Source of the DNA: Lingula anatina
Taxonomy: Eukaryota; Animalia; Brachiopoda
Assembly: GCA_051362555.1 (NCBI GenBank)
Contig: CM120644.1
Coordinates: forward strand, 14,282,534-14,346,533
DNA length: 64,000 nt
Direction of reading: 5' to 3'
Part shown: piece after piece, positions 40,000 to 51,100 of the stretch
Layout of the letters: each line of letters begins with the position of its first letter
Position numbering within the stretch: position 1 is the first letter of the stretch
Made by a program: the position numbers and the translations under genes
Notes under the pieces: generated by a model
The model's input: the letters and a program-made list of their open reading frames with translations, nothing else
Databases searched by the model: none
What the model was told of the DNA's origin: nothing

Positions 40000-42720
40000 G
40001 CCTACCAATGAAATCTAAACATTTTCAAGAACTTTTACTGGGCATAAATACGATTTAACCCGATTTATCAAAAGCCAATTGCCACCTCTATATCTCGACT
40101 TTTCAATAAGAAACTAGGTAGCATCTAAAAGCTTAAAGCTTCAAAAATTTTGAGACCATAACAGAGTCAGCCAAGGGCACGTTTCGGTGCCACATTTGAT
40201 TACGTCATGATGGATATTTACAGGTGAAGGACCAGAACAGTCTGTCGGAAACAATATAGAAACAAGGAGTCTGTTGTAACTCATTGGTAGAAATAAGAGA
40301 CTGAATTTGATCTGAGGACCAGGATAGATCCGTAAATGACGCGTGTCCCATTCACTGTTTCTGAATTCTAAAATCTAGAGTAAAAATATGTACTTAAGCA
40401 TTGTAGCAGGACGTAAACCAATCCACTTCAAGAGGACCCCATATCTTATCAAAATGTGAGAATAATTCTTTAGAAATACCCCAATTGTCAACATCCACAC
40501 TTCTACTTATATGATTTGCATGGGTATTCTCTTCTCTCAGTATCCTTTCATTTCTATTGAATAACTCCATTAGAAGAAAAACATCTAAAATAATAGGTTG
40601 TAATTTACTCCTCATGCTACTTTTTTCTTTAATGTTTACAACATCTTTGCTATCAGAAAACCACTTCAATCTCAAAACACTCAACGTGTTTGCCATGGAG
40701 AACAGGACCCTGAAAACAGCTATCAGTTCTCTGTAAGTAGAGCTCTCCGTCGCTTCGTCAGCTGACCATTCCCCGCAACACACCCTTTTAGGTGTATCCA
40801 CACAATATCCTCCAAACCCAGTACTACTAGCATCAGAATAAACTACCTTATTGCACTGAGGTGAAAACTGTAAAATTCTGATTTACTACACCAAGGTCTA
40901 ATTTGACTGCATGCTTTCACACACATTTTCTGATTCTAAGAAAAAGCACTTGAAATAACCATGCTAATATAATTTGTCATTAGTTGCGTTACACTTCCCA
41001 ACACATGAGACATAGTATAATCCGACCGACATAGCCAGACCTCTGCTCACTTTCGTGCGAATATAATGTCAGATCTCTTAGCACTTGCTAATCTAATATC
41101 AAGAACTTTGATTTCCCCAATACTAATATCTATTTCGATGCCTATAAATGCCAGACTCTGTACCTACATGTACGACCAAATAGTATTCTCATATATTTAC
41201 ATAAAACCTGACTTAGCAATATCATCTTTGATCTCAGCACCCTGATGCTCCAATCTATCTATGTTACTGCAGTACCACAGACCGTCATCCAATTACATCG
41301 AACCATTGTTTGATTAATTGCCAAGTCAATTTTGCAAAAAAAAATATGAAGTGCTAATGATAACCCAAATGGAAGAACTAAGAATCAAAAATAAATCTGC
41401 TGATCTTGAATTTTCCATGAAAAACCTCAATAATCCGTATGAGGATAATAGATATCTAGATGTTGATTAGCTGAATCAAATTTAATCAACCAACCACACA
41501 GTTTCATAAACATAAGAGCCGTTCTCAAATGTCCGTAACTACCAGACTGCTTACAGACATGTTTGTTTACTTCTCGTACATCTAAAATCAATCTATTTTT
41601 TTCACTGCTATGCACTGCTTCTGTTTAAGGGTTATCAACAATTGGTTGTTTGCTACACCTTTTAATCAAACGCATCTTTTTCAATTCAAGAATAGCTTTT
41701 TAACAAAAAACTTATTTTTCAATGGTGAAAGCTGTTATCTTTCCTCATCCCACAGGGTGTTGCTATAAACGGAAATTTATAACCATTTTTATCAAGTCTA
41801 GAATAAAAAATGAATACCCTACTTCTTCCCAAAAACTTAAATTGGTTCTTAACCTACTTTTCACGGGTATGAATTTCTGATTTTGCTCATGTTCATAATT
41901 ATGCAACTCTTGATTGAAACTAACGCACTCATACATGTACCGGGTACTTATCTATTTTTCAATGCTTCCGCCTTCTATCCCATTCCAGATGTTCCCTTAT
42001 CTCTGGGGTTGGACTCTGGTAGAATAACTTTCCCCTCTGTAAGTTGGTCACTCAAGCATGAAATGGCCCTTTCCTCAACAAGCTAAGCAAAGTCACGACC
42101 CGCTGCTGCGATAAAGACTTCTCCGCTGAGAAGTATCGCCCACCACACCTATCGGTCGGTCTGCTGATATAACCTTATTTTTTTGGCTCCCTTTTTGTTT
42201 TCTTTTATTTTCTTTGTAGCTCTCTCGCTCTCAGAATCACAAGCAAGAGGATTAACAGTATGTTCCTTAACAGTGTCGAAAGTGTCAGCAATTCTGATAA
42301 GTTTGTTTCTCTTGCCAAGACTGTAAGGCACTGTCAGTTTGTTCACCACAATAATCTTATTTTCAAATACTGTTGAGTCAAATTTCTGGTGATTACCTTC
42401 TATTTTCCAAGATAAATATTGTCGACTTTCAGTTTTTACCGGCTTCGGCATTAAATGTAGACAGTCTATGGTCGAAATAGTCTTTCGTCTCTTTCTTTTT
42501 ACTTTCCATTTTTTTCATTACATCAGCCAAGGTAAAGTGTTCGCCTCCACTGGACTCATCAACCATGTCGTCTACGGAGTCGTAATCATAAGCGTGTTAA
42601 CAGTACCGTGTCAATCGCCTAAATGACACGAAAACTCCCCTACATCAATCCCGCCCTCTTCTGGCGTGTCATAACCAGAGAGAAATTAATTTCACTTTAA
42701 TTCCTCTCGTCAACCGATTG
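40000..42720 (-). mobile_element. DIRS/Ngaro-type retrotransposon relic (gag-like, RT, RNase H, start of methyltransferase-like domain)
   Basis: Gag-like: KRNKLIRIADT..TVKEH..NPLACDSE plus a decayed Zn-knuckle near 42050-42085. RT: KNRLILDVREVNKHV, FLVLPFGLS, LDDGL (~41280-41295). RNase H: IYSDASSTGFGG, SSTYRELIAV, WFSDS, ENTHANHISR. Then WGPLEVDWF...FYSRF. Confidence 0.9.
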
Positions 42721-43182
42721 AAATTATATTTCTATTGACTCGCTACATCGAGCTGGACGTGACGCAGTTAAGGTGGTACAGGACAAAAGATTTGTGCCAG
42801 TGGTGGATTTAGGAGGGTCGGTGGGGGCGGGGGGGGGGGGGAGTTTCGACCCCGACTGAATTTTTATAAATATAATGTACATTTTTTTTAGAAAATCGAA
42901 CTCCCCTACACTCGATAAAGTCAGGTTTGCTTATTTCTCAAATTCGTTCCAAGGGTTCGTTACTACTCCACTCGTTTAATTCAATAGATCAGGTGATGGT
43001 CGTCGGCGTAACACTGATTACTGTCTCATAAACAAAGGTGGCTGACCGTGATTCTTACTTCGCGTTAAAGGGTAGGTACTTTAATATTTATAAAACTTAA
43101 GTTTAAAGCTTAAATGCACAAACTATGACACAAATGCCAGATATGTAATTAACCTGTGTCCACCGAGGTCCATTGGTAGTTG

Positions 43183-43395
43183 CAGTGGCGGATTTGGAGG
43201 GGGGGTCAGGGGGTCCTGACCTCCTCCCCTTCAGTTTCTAAAAATAATCACACCGATGGTCCCCTTATGAAATAAGTATTTTCTCTAGCCGAATCATAGT
43301 TCTAAAAAGTACCAAATAGCACCGTTCGCCCTCTAAGATAAGGGTCGGTTTTGCATCCGTGGACCCCCCTTCAAATAATCCTGGTCCCGCCCCTG
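43183..43395. mobile_element. PIF/Harbinger-like MITE
   Basis: TIRs cagtggcggatttgga and tcctggtcccgcccctg. Internal layout resembles 39488-39763. Confidence 0.7.
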
Positions 43396-43559
43396 GGTTG
43401 GTCGCCCTTGTAACCTACAGCAGGTAAGTGATTCTTGCTATTGTCTGTTTTTGATAATCGCCTAAGATATCAATCAAGTTGTTGTATTTGTAGCGGCAAA
43501 AGGTTTCAATCTAACGCTCTTAATGGCTAAAATTAATCTGCAAACCACGTGCACTTAGT

Positions 43560-43960
43560 GCAACTGGAAATTTTAAAAGGTGGCGATTTTATAATGAGCC
43601 GCGCAACTTTGCAACTTTTATATCTCCAAAACTAGCAGAGATATGCCCATAATCACTATTGAACTTGAATAGGCAGTCATATGCTGACAATCTGTGATCT
43701 TGAAATTGAGCTTCGACCTACTTTTTGCCATGAACTGCACTTCACAAATTTGAATTTAAACTTTTACTTTTCCTCATGATTTTGTTTTAAATGGTAATTT
43801 TCAACAAAACTATTTAGAACTTTTGCTTACTGCATGTAGAGCTTGTCAAGCACAACACTGGAGGTGGTGTCCCTTTTTTCACTTTTCTATACGAATGAGC
43901 TTACTCCAGCTGGTGGTACAATACCCTCAGGCGGTATCACCTCTCTGATCCTCTAGTTTT
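43560..43960 (+). mobile_element. Possible Helentron/Helitron-like non-autonomous fragment
   Basis: tatctccaaaactagcagagata and gtgatcttgaaatt core-like motifs; a short hairpin atacc...ggtat followed by ctCTAGtttt at ~43950. Confidence 0.35.
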
Positions 43961-45789
43961 CATGGTTTTTCAAATTCATGCTTCATTTGACAAGATAAAG
44001 TGGCGTAATAAACAAAGCATTTTGTCCTGTCACACAAGTATGTTATTGCTTTTTAACCTCATTCACGGATCGTTGTGGAAATGAAATTAGGGGGTGTGAA
44101 AAATACATGGTTACCTAGAAATTCAGTGTTCAGACCAGGCTTTCACTTACTGCCTACCAGCTTGCTGCTTACTTTTTTTGTTTTTCTTACATTTTAGTTA
44201 AACATGTTTCAAACAACAAAAGCTCTAGATATTATAAAGGTTTGACAAACATTTTATTTCGAAACTTGTACATGTACCAGTTAAGTTTCCGTTTTGCTGA
44301 TTATGTGACCATCTCCATAAATAGAATAGGCCTGCATTGGTGCACATGGACGCGGTCGCAAATTACAGTGGAATGCTTTTTTTTTTCGAACAAAATTAAT
44401 ACACATTGCTAAGTTTAACTAGAAAAGCAAATATATAAATGGGCATTCAAGGTGTGTTTACATTATCGCTAGTAGAGTCCGAATTACTGGTTGCCTATGT
44501 GTGGACGAAAACCGCAGTGAGCCATCCTGAAGTATGTATAATTTCTTTATTTAGTATTCTTTACTGAGAAATGGACCATGTAATGCTAAATGCCATCGAA
44601 CTCCTTTAGATTTTTTCCTTCAGCTGCCTTCAAATAGTGCCTCTACCCCCTACATCTAAACAGCCATACCCGAGTATGTCGTGAGATCATCTTAGATGTA
44701 GTCTGACAAGCGACTTTGCGGCATAAATCTTGCATTACTAATCATCATGCATCGTTATTTTATTTGATTTAATTTTAATGAATATTAATTCAATTAATTT
44801 ATTCAATGTTAAAAATGAACCGTTCCGTCCACGTAGAAGCGGGGTCAATAAAAACTAACCACCTAGTCTTCGAAATCCTGGATTCGCCCCTGAGAGCTGT
44901 TCGTTATTGATTTCTTAATAACGATCTTGCTGCATACTGGCAATAAACACAATCGGATTTGTCATCTATTTTTAAGGATTTATGATGTTACATTCAAGTT
45001 ATAATTTTTTCTGTCCTAGATTTCTATTACAAACAGAACCGTAAAGAAAAAACAGTAATTTAAGCGCATTATACTGTAGGTGTTCAGTCACTGAACCACT
45101 GAGTGTTCAGTCACTGAACCACTGAGTAGTTCCTACAATCGCCCAAGGACAGCGTAAATTGTAGAATCTCACATTTCCAGGAGAACAAAGGCGGCAATTT
45201 CTCGCTTAAACAATGTTTTTTTGTTGTTGTTGTTTCAATTTCTTTTACGAATAGAGTGGCCCCTGAAGAAAAGATTATGTCGTCTTTGCTATCTTCTGTT
45301 AAAAACATAAGTTTAGTAAAATAATTAATAAACAAATCAAGAAGAAGATGCACATATTGTATACAGTAACCACTGTTGAAGAACGAAGTGAAGTATACAG
45401 ATATTTCTTAATAATCACAAAGCCGAGCTGCATACATATTAGATCGACTATGTACTTTGTTACTAAGCAGACCAACTTTAGTAATTCCCTTATTTTTCCA
45501 CAATATTTCTACTGAAATGTGTCACTTTTGGGTCCCAAGAGGGTGGTGCACTTTCGGAAAAATAGTATTTCGAGAGTTTTTAGATCAATCATTGTGTTTT
45601 GTTGGTAGCAGTTTTAACCAATTGCAAAGGCTGTGAGAGAGTATCGTGGCAGGAGCTTTAAGATGCGGGTGAGGTCGATGGAGTGTAAGGGGTAGTATAG
45701 GCCTATCGGTGCGAGGGAGTAATGGTGTGGAGGAGTATCAGTGCTGAGACGGAAAGGGATCATTCACAATAATTGTCTAAACATATCAA

Positions 45790-46050
45790 CATCTCATCAT
45801 TAAATCCCCAAATTGCATCTTTATAGTACTTCAAAAAGGTCCTCAGGGGTTTGAGGTTGGGGAGGGGGATGGAAAAATATTTTTTTAATTCACAAGAAAT
45901 ATTTAAAAAAAAACAATTTACCTGTGGATGGCTAGAAAAAACAAAACACACCTTCCTGACATCATTATTTTAATTATTTTAAAAAGACCCAAATTTCATC
46001 TTTATATTATTTCAAAAAGCTCCCCAGGGGCTTGAGAGTGGGAGCTGGAA
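45790..46050 (+). repeat. Strongly diverged satellite-related relic, ~181-bp period, ~1.4 copies
   Basis: cccaaattKcatcttta..tcaaaaag..c..cagggg.ttgag occurs at 45807 and 45988. It resembles satellite cccaattctagctttaaa..tccaaaaa, and acacaccttcctgaca resembles satellite acacacctacctgaca. Confidence 0.6.
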
Positions 46051-46583
46051 TTTCATCCCGTGGGAGTTCCAAGTCTCACGAAGAAAATGCTAATATGTGA
46101 AAAAAATATTTTGAAAATAATAATAATAATAAATAATAATAATGATGATAATTAAATAAATAAATAACTCTCAGAAAAAGAATGCAATCAGTTCAGTTTT
46201 CTAACTCAAGCTGTATTTCAGTCCAATTTACCTTTTCTGTAAGATTGAGATCCATGAGTAACATGGTTTTACTTAAATTGTCATCAGTGTTCAAAATGGG
46301 GTTTCTTTAACTTTGACAAAATCAGCCCAGATCATCATGTGAAATGTGATTTATGTGAAATGTGTTCAAAATAAGCATTAAAACCTGTCTTTATAGATAT
46401 TGATGTTTGCTTTTAAAATCTCATTTGAGGCAGGAGTGGGGCATCCAGACAAAGTTGTTCATTTAACTAATATGCTGACAAAATCACATTACCTCATAAA
46501 GACCCAAAATAACAACATTGTGCTTTTAACCCAAAACTTGGGAAATCTGCCAAATTTGCGTAAGCACCCTCAAGTGGAAATAG

Positions 46584-46588
46584 CAAAA

Positions 46589-46634
<46 letters not shown>
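46584..46634. repeat. (AAAT)n microsatellite
   Basis: About 12 AAAT units. A weaker AAT/AAAT tract lies at 46115-46166. Confidence 0.95.
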
Positions 46635-46636
<2 letters not shown>

Positions 46637-47343
46637 GATAATAATTAATCAATGAATGTTCATTCATTTCTCATTATTGCCAAAAATACAAAATGCACAC
46701 TCAAAGTTAATTAAGCCTTCTCTAATAATTGCAATAGTCGTTTTTCTAATTTCCAAAAAGAGATTTCAACATGATTTTAATGCATGGACTTATGGCTGTT
46801 TTTTCTTTTTAACTTCCAGATTAAGCTGCTGGTTTGTACTTTCTATACCAAGGGTTTGAAGACCCACTATGCAAGTACCAGAACCTGCTATAGACAGTTA
46901 TCTTGGAGCCTCCAGAACACTTGCAATCCATATCCCTATCATCAAGGGGTCATTTCTTCGATGACATGCTGCGGCGTGGGGCGAGTACCTTAAAGACTTT
47001 GATGCTTTTGGATCTTTAATATATTGTCCATACTGACTTACATCATACTAGTCCTTGGAAGGCTTGGAATACTTGATTTGACCCTTTGACACCGGTTTGC
47101 AAAGCTAAGACCATTTCTTTTTAATTTGACTGATGACTTGTAAAGCACTCTTCAAACTCTTTGGTGCTCCTGTGCTGTAAGTAACAGGATTCGTTTGATA
47201 GCACAGGCAAGGTGTCTCGGGAACAGTAATGGCTGCTGAAATTGCTGGAATAAAAAAGACAGACAAACTGAAAACTTTTGTTCTAAGTTTTAAAAAACTG
47301 ATACGGTAATTATTTTTAAAAAGGACTATGTATATAGAAAGGC

Positions 47344-47677
47344 TATGGAAGCGTGTAAGGGTCACAACACCAACATCAAAAACAAAACTCACAACACCAA
47401 CACCAAAAACAAACTTCACAACACCAACAACTTGGTGTTGTGAAGTTTGTTTTTGGTGTTGGTGTTGTGAGTTTTGTTTTTGGTGTTGGTGTTGTGAGTT
47501 TTGTTTTTGGTGTTGGTGTTGTGAAGTTTGTTTTTGGTGTTGGTGTTGTGAGTTTTGTTTTTGGTGTTGGTGATGTGAGTTTTGTTTTTGGTGTTGGTGT
47601 TGTGAAGTTTGTTTTTGGTGTTGGTGTTGTGAATTTTGTTTTTGGTGTTGGTGTTGTGACCCTTACACGCTTCCATA
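47344..47677. mobile_element. Foldback non-autonomous DNA transposon, IS3EU-like, with internal 27-bp tandem repeats
   Basis: TIRs TATGGAAGCGTGTAAGGGTCACAACACCAA and TTGGTGTTGTGACCCTTACACGCTTCCATA. 6-bp TSD AAAGGC at 47338-43 and 47678-83. TAYGG termini with a 6-bp TSD are the IS3EU hallmark. Confidence 0.88.
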
Positions 47678-47739
47678 AAAGGCATCATAAAATTCGATAA
47701 ATTAAAGATAAAATAATAATATAGCAGGAATCTGTATAA

Positions 47740-48100
47740 ATAGTTTTTGCTCTATTTATTCCATAATGTTGACACCACCACTCTTCCCGCATTTTATGCT
47801 TACTACAAATGACCAAACACACCAACCTGACACTATAATGAAAAAAAAAAATTTTTTTTTCATCCCTACCTGGCCAAAATTGAAGAAATCTCACATGGCT
47901 GGCAATTATGAAAATCACTCAAAATAAAAAAAAATGTCATGAAAATCATCTATCACACCTATCATTCATAAAAAATGTGGAAATACGCCCGGGTCACTTC
48001 ATCAAGGCCCCCCAATTCTATCTTTAAAAATGATCCAAAAATAAGCTCCGAGATCTGAATCGGAGAGTGGGGGAGACAGAGTTATTGTTCTATGTCTTCC
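47740..48100 (+). repeat. Diverged border monomer of the 363-bp satellite
   Basis: Colinear with the monomer but with many substitutions, an internal deletion near 47925-47940, no palindrome and a short G-tract (ggagagtgggggagac). Confidence 0.95.
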
Positions 48101-51100
48101 TTAATGTTGACACCACCACTCTTCCAGCACTTTATTCTTACTACAAATGACCAAACACACCTACCTGACACTATAATGAAGAAAAAAAATTTTCATCCCT
48201 ACCTGGCCAAAATTGAAGAAATCTCACAGTGCCGGCACTGTTCAAAATCACTCAAAATCACCAAAAATCGACCCGTCTCCGATTTTTCCAAAAAGTGACG
48301 AAAATCAATCTACCACACCTGTCATTCATAAAAAATGTGGAAACGCGCCCGGGTCACTTCGTCAAGGCCCCCAATTCTAGCTTTAAAGATGATCCAAAAA
48401 TAAGCTCTGAGAACAGAATCTGAGAGGGGGGGGGGAGACAGAGTTTTTGCTCTATTTCTTCCTTAATGTTGACACCACCACTCTTCCAGCACTTTATTCT
48501 TACTACAAATGACCGAACACACCTACCTGACACTATAATGAAGAAAAAAAAATTTTCATCCCTACCTGGCCAAAATTGAAGAAATCTCACAGTGCCGGCA
48601 CTGTTCAAAATCACTCAAAATCACCAAAAATCGACCCGTCTCCGATTTTTCCAAAAAGTGACGAAAATCAATCTACCACACCTGTCATTCATAAAAAATG
48701 TGGAAACGCGCCCGGGTCACTTCATCAAGGCCCCCAATTCTAGCTTTAAAGATGATCCAAAAATAAGCTCTGAGAACAGAATCTGAGAGGGGGGGGGAGA
48801 CAGAGTTTTTGCTCTATTTCTTCCTTAATGTTGACACCACCACTCTTCCAGCACTTTATTCTTACTACAAATGACCGAACACACCTACCTGACACTATAA
48901 TGAAGAAAAAAAATTTTCATCCCTACCTGGCCAAAATTGAAGAACTCTCACAGTGCCGGCACTGTTCAAAATCACTCAAAATCACCAAAAATCGACCCAT
49001 CTCCGATTTTTCCAAAAAGTGACGAAAATCAATCTACCACACCTGTCATTCATAAAAAATGTGGAAACGCGCCCGGGTCACTTCATCAAGGCCCCCAATT
49101 CTAGCTTTAAAGATGATCCAAAAATAAGCTCTGAGAACAGAATCTGAGAGGGGGGGGGGGGAGACAGAGTTTTTGCTCTATTTCTTCCTTAATGTTGACA
49201 CCACCACTCTTCCAGCACTTTATTCTTACTACAAATGACCGAACACACCTACCTGACACTATAATGAAGAAAAAAAATTTTCATCCCTACCTGGCCAAAA
49301 TTGAAGAAATCTCACAGTGCCGGCACTGTTCAAAATCACTCAAAATCACCAAAAATCGACCCGTCTCCGATTTTTCCAAAAAGTGACGAAAATCAATCTA
49401 CCACACCTGTCATTCATAAAAAATGTGGAAACGCGCCCGGGTCACTTCATCAAGGCCCCCAATTCTAGCTTTAAAGATGATCCAAAAATAAGCTCTGAGA
49501 ACAGAATCTGAGAGGGGGGGGAGACAGAGTTTTTGCTCTATTTCTTCCTTAATGTTGACACCACCACTCTTCCAGCACTTTATTCTTACTACAAATGACC
49601 GAACACACCTACCTGACACTATAATGAAGAAAAAAAATTTTCATCCCTACCTGGCCAAAATTGAAGAAATCTCACAGTGCCGGCACTGTTCAAAATCACT
49701 CAAAATCACCAAAAATCGACCCGTCTCCGATTTTTCCAAAAAGTGACGAAAATCAATCTACCACACCTGTCATTCATAAAAAATGTGGAAACGCGCCCGG
49801 GTCACTTCATCAAGGCCCCCAATTCTAGCTTTAAAGATGATCCAAAAATAAGCTCTGAGAACAGAATCTGAGAGGGGGGGGGGGGGGGAGACAGAGTTTT
49901 TGCTCTATTTCTTCCTTAATGTTGACACCACCACTCTTCCAGCACTTTATTCTTACTACAAATGACCGAACACACCTACCTGACACTATAATGAAGAAAA
50001 AAAATTTTCATCCCTACCTGGCCAAAATTGAAGAAATCTCACAGTGCCGGCACTGTTCAAAATCACTCAAAATCACCAAAAATCGACCCGTCTCCGATTT
50101 TTCCAAAAAGTGACGAAAATCAATCTACCACACCTGTCATTCATAAAAAATGTGGAAACGCGCCCGGGTCACTTCATCAAGGCCCCCAATTCTAGCTTTA
50201 AAGATGATCCAAAAATAAGCTCTGAGAACAGAATCTGAGAGGGGGGGGGGGAGACAGAGTTTTTGCTCTATTTCTTCCTTAATGTTGACACCACCACTCT
50301 TCCAGCACTTTATTCTTACTACAAATGACCGAACACACCTACCTGACACTATAATGAAGAAAAAAAATTTTCATCCCTACCTGGCCAAAATTGAAGAAAT
50401 CTCACAGTGCCGGCACTGTTCAAAATCACTCAAAATCACCAAAAATCGACCCGTCTCCGATTTTTCCAAAAAGTGACGAAAATCAATCTACCACACCTGT
50501 CATTCATAAAAAATGTGGAAACGCGCCCGGGTCACTTCATCAAGGCCCCCAATTCTAGCTTTAAAGATGATCCAAAAATAAGCTCTGAGAACAGAATCTG
50601 AGAGGGGGGGGGGAGACAGAGTTTTTGCTCTATTTCTTCCTTAATGTTGACACCACCACTCTTCCAGCACTTTATTCTTACTACAAATGACCGAACACAC
50701 CTACCTGACACTATAATGAAGAAAAAAAATTTTCATCCCTACCTGGCCAAAATTGAAGAAATCTCACAGTGCCGGCACTGTTCAAAATCACTCAAAATCA
50801 CCAAAAATCGACCCGTCTCCGATTTTTCCAAAAAGTGACGAAAATCAATCTACCACACCTGTCATTCATAAAAAATGTGGAAACGCGCCCGGGTCACTTC
50901 ATCAAGGCCCCCAATTCTAGCTTTAAAGATGATCCAAAAATAAGCTCTGAGAACAGAATCTGAGAGGGGGGGGGGAGACAGAGTTTTTGCTCTATTTCTT
51001 CCTTAATGTTGACACCACCACTCTTCCAGCACTTTATTCTTACTACAAATGACCAAACACACCTACCTGACACTATAATGAAGAAAAAAAATTTTCATCC

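Noticed and set aside
26821-42612. cacggactgttatacacg (26822) versus inverted cacggtactgttaacacg (~42593-42610) as TIRs of a 16-kb element
   Set aside because: Only ~18 bp with two gaps, no extension and no TSD; plausibly chance.
31700-42720. Recent inverted segmental duplication producing the two DIRS relics
   Set aside because: The homologous RT segments are too different at the nucleotide level.
46810-47250. Possible minus-strand exon after a ttccag acceptor
   Set aside because: All frames contain stops and no motif is recognisable, so no product call can be supported.
47328-47700. Cys/Trp-rich or FVFGVGVV repeat proteins
   Set aside because: These are translations of the 27-bp repeat (a multiple of 3) inside the foldback element.
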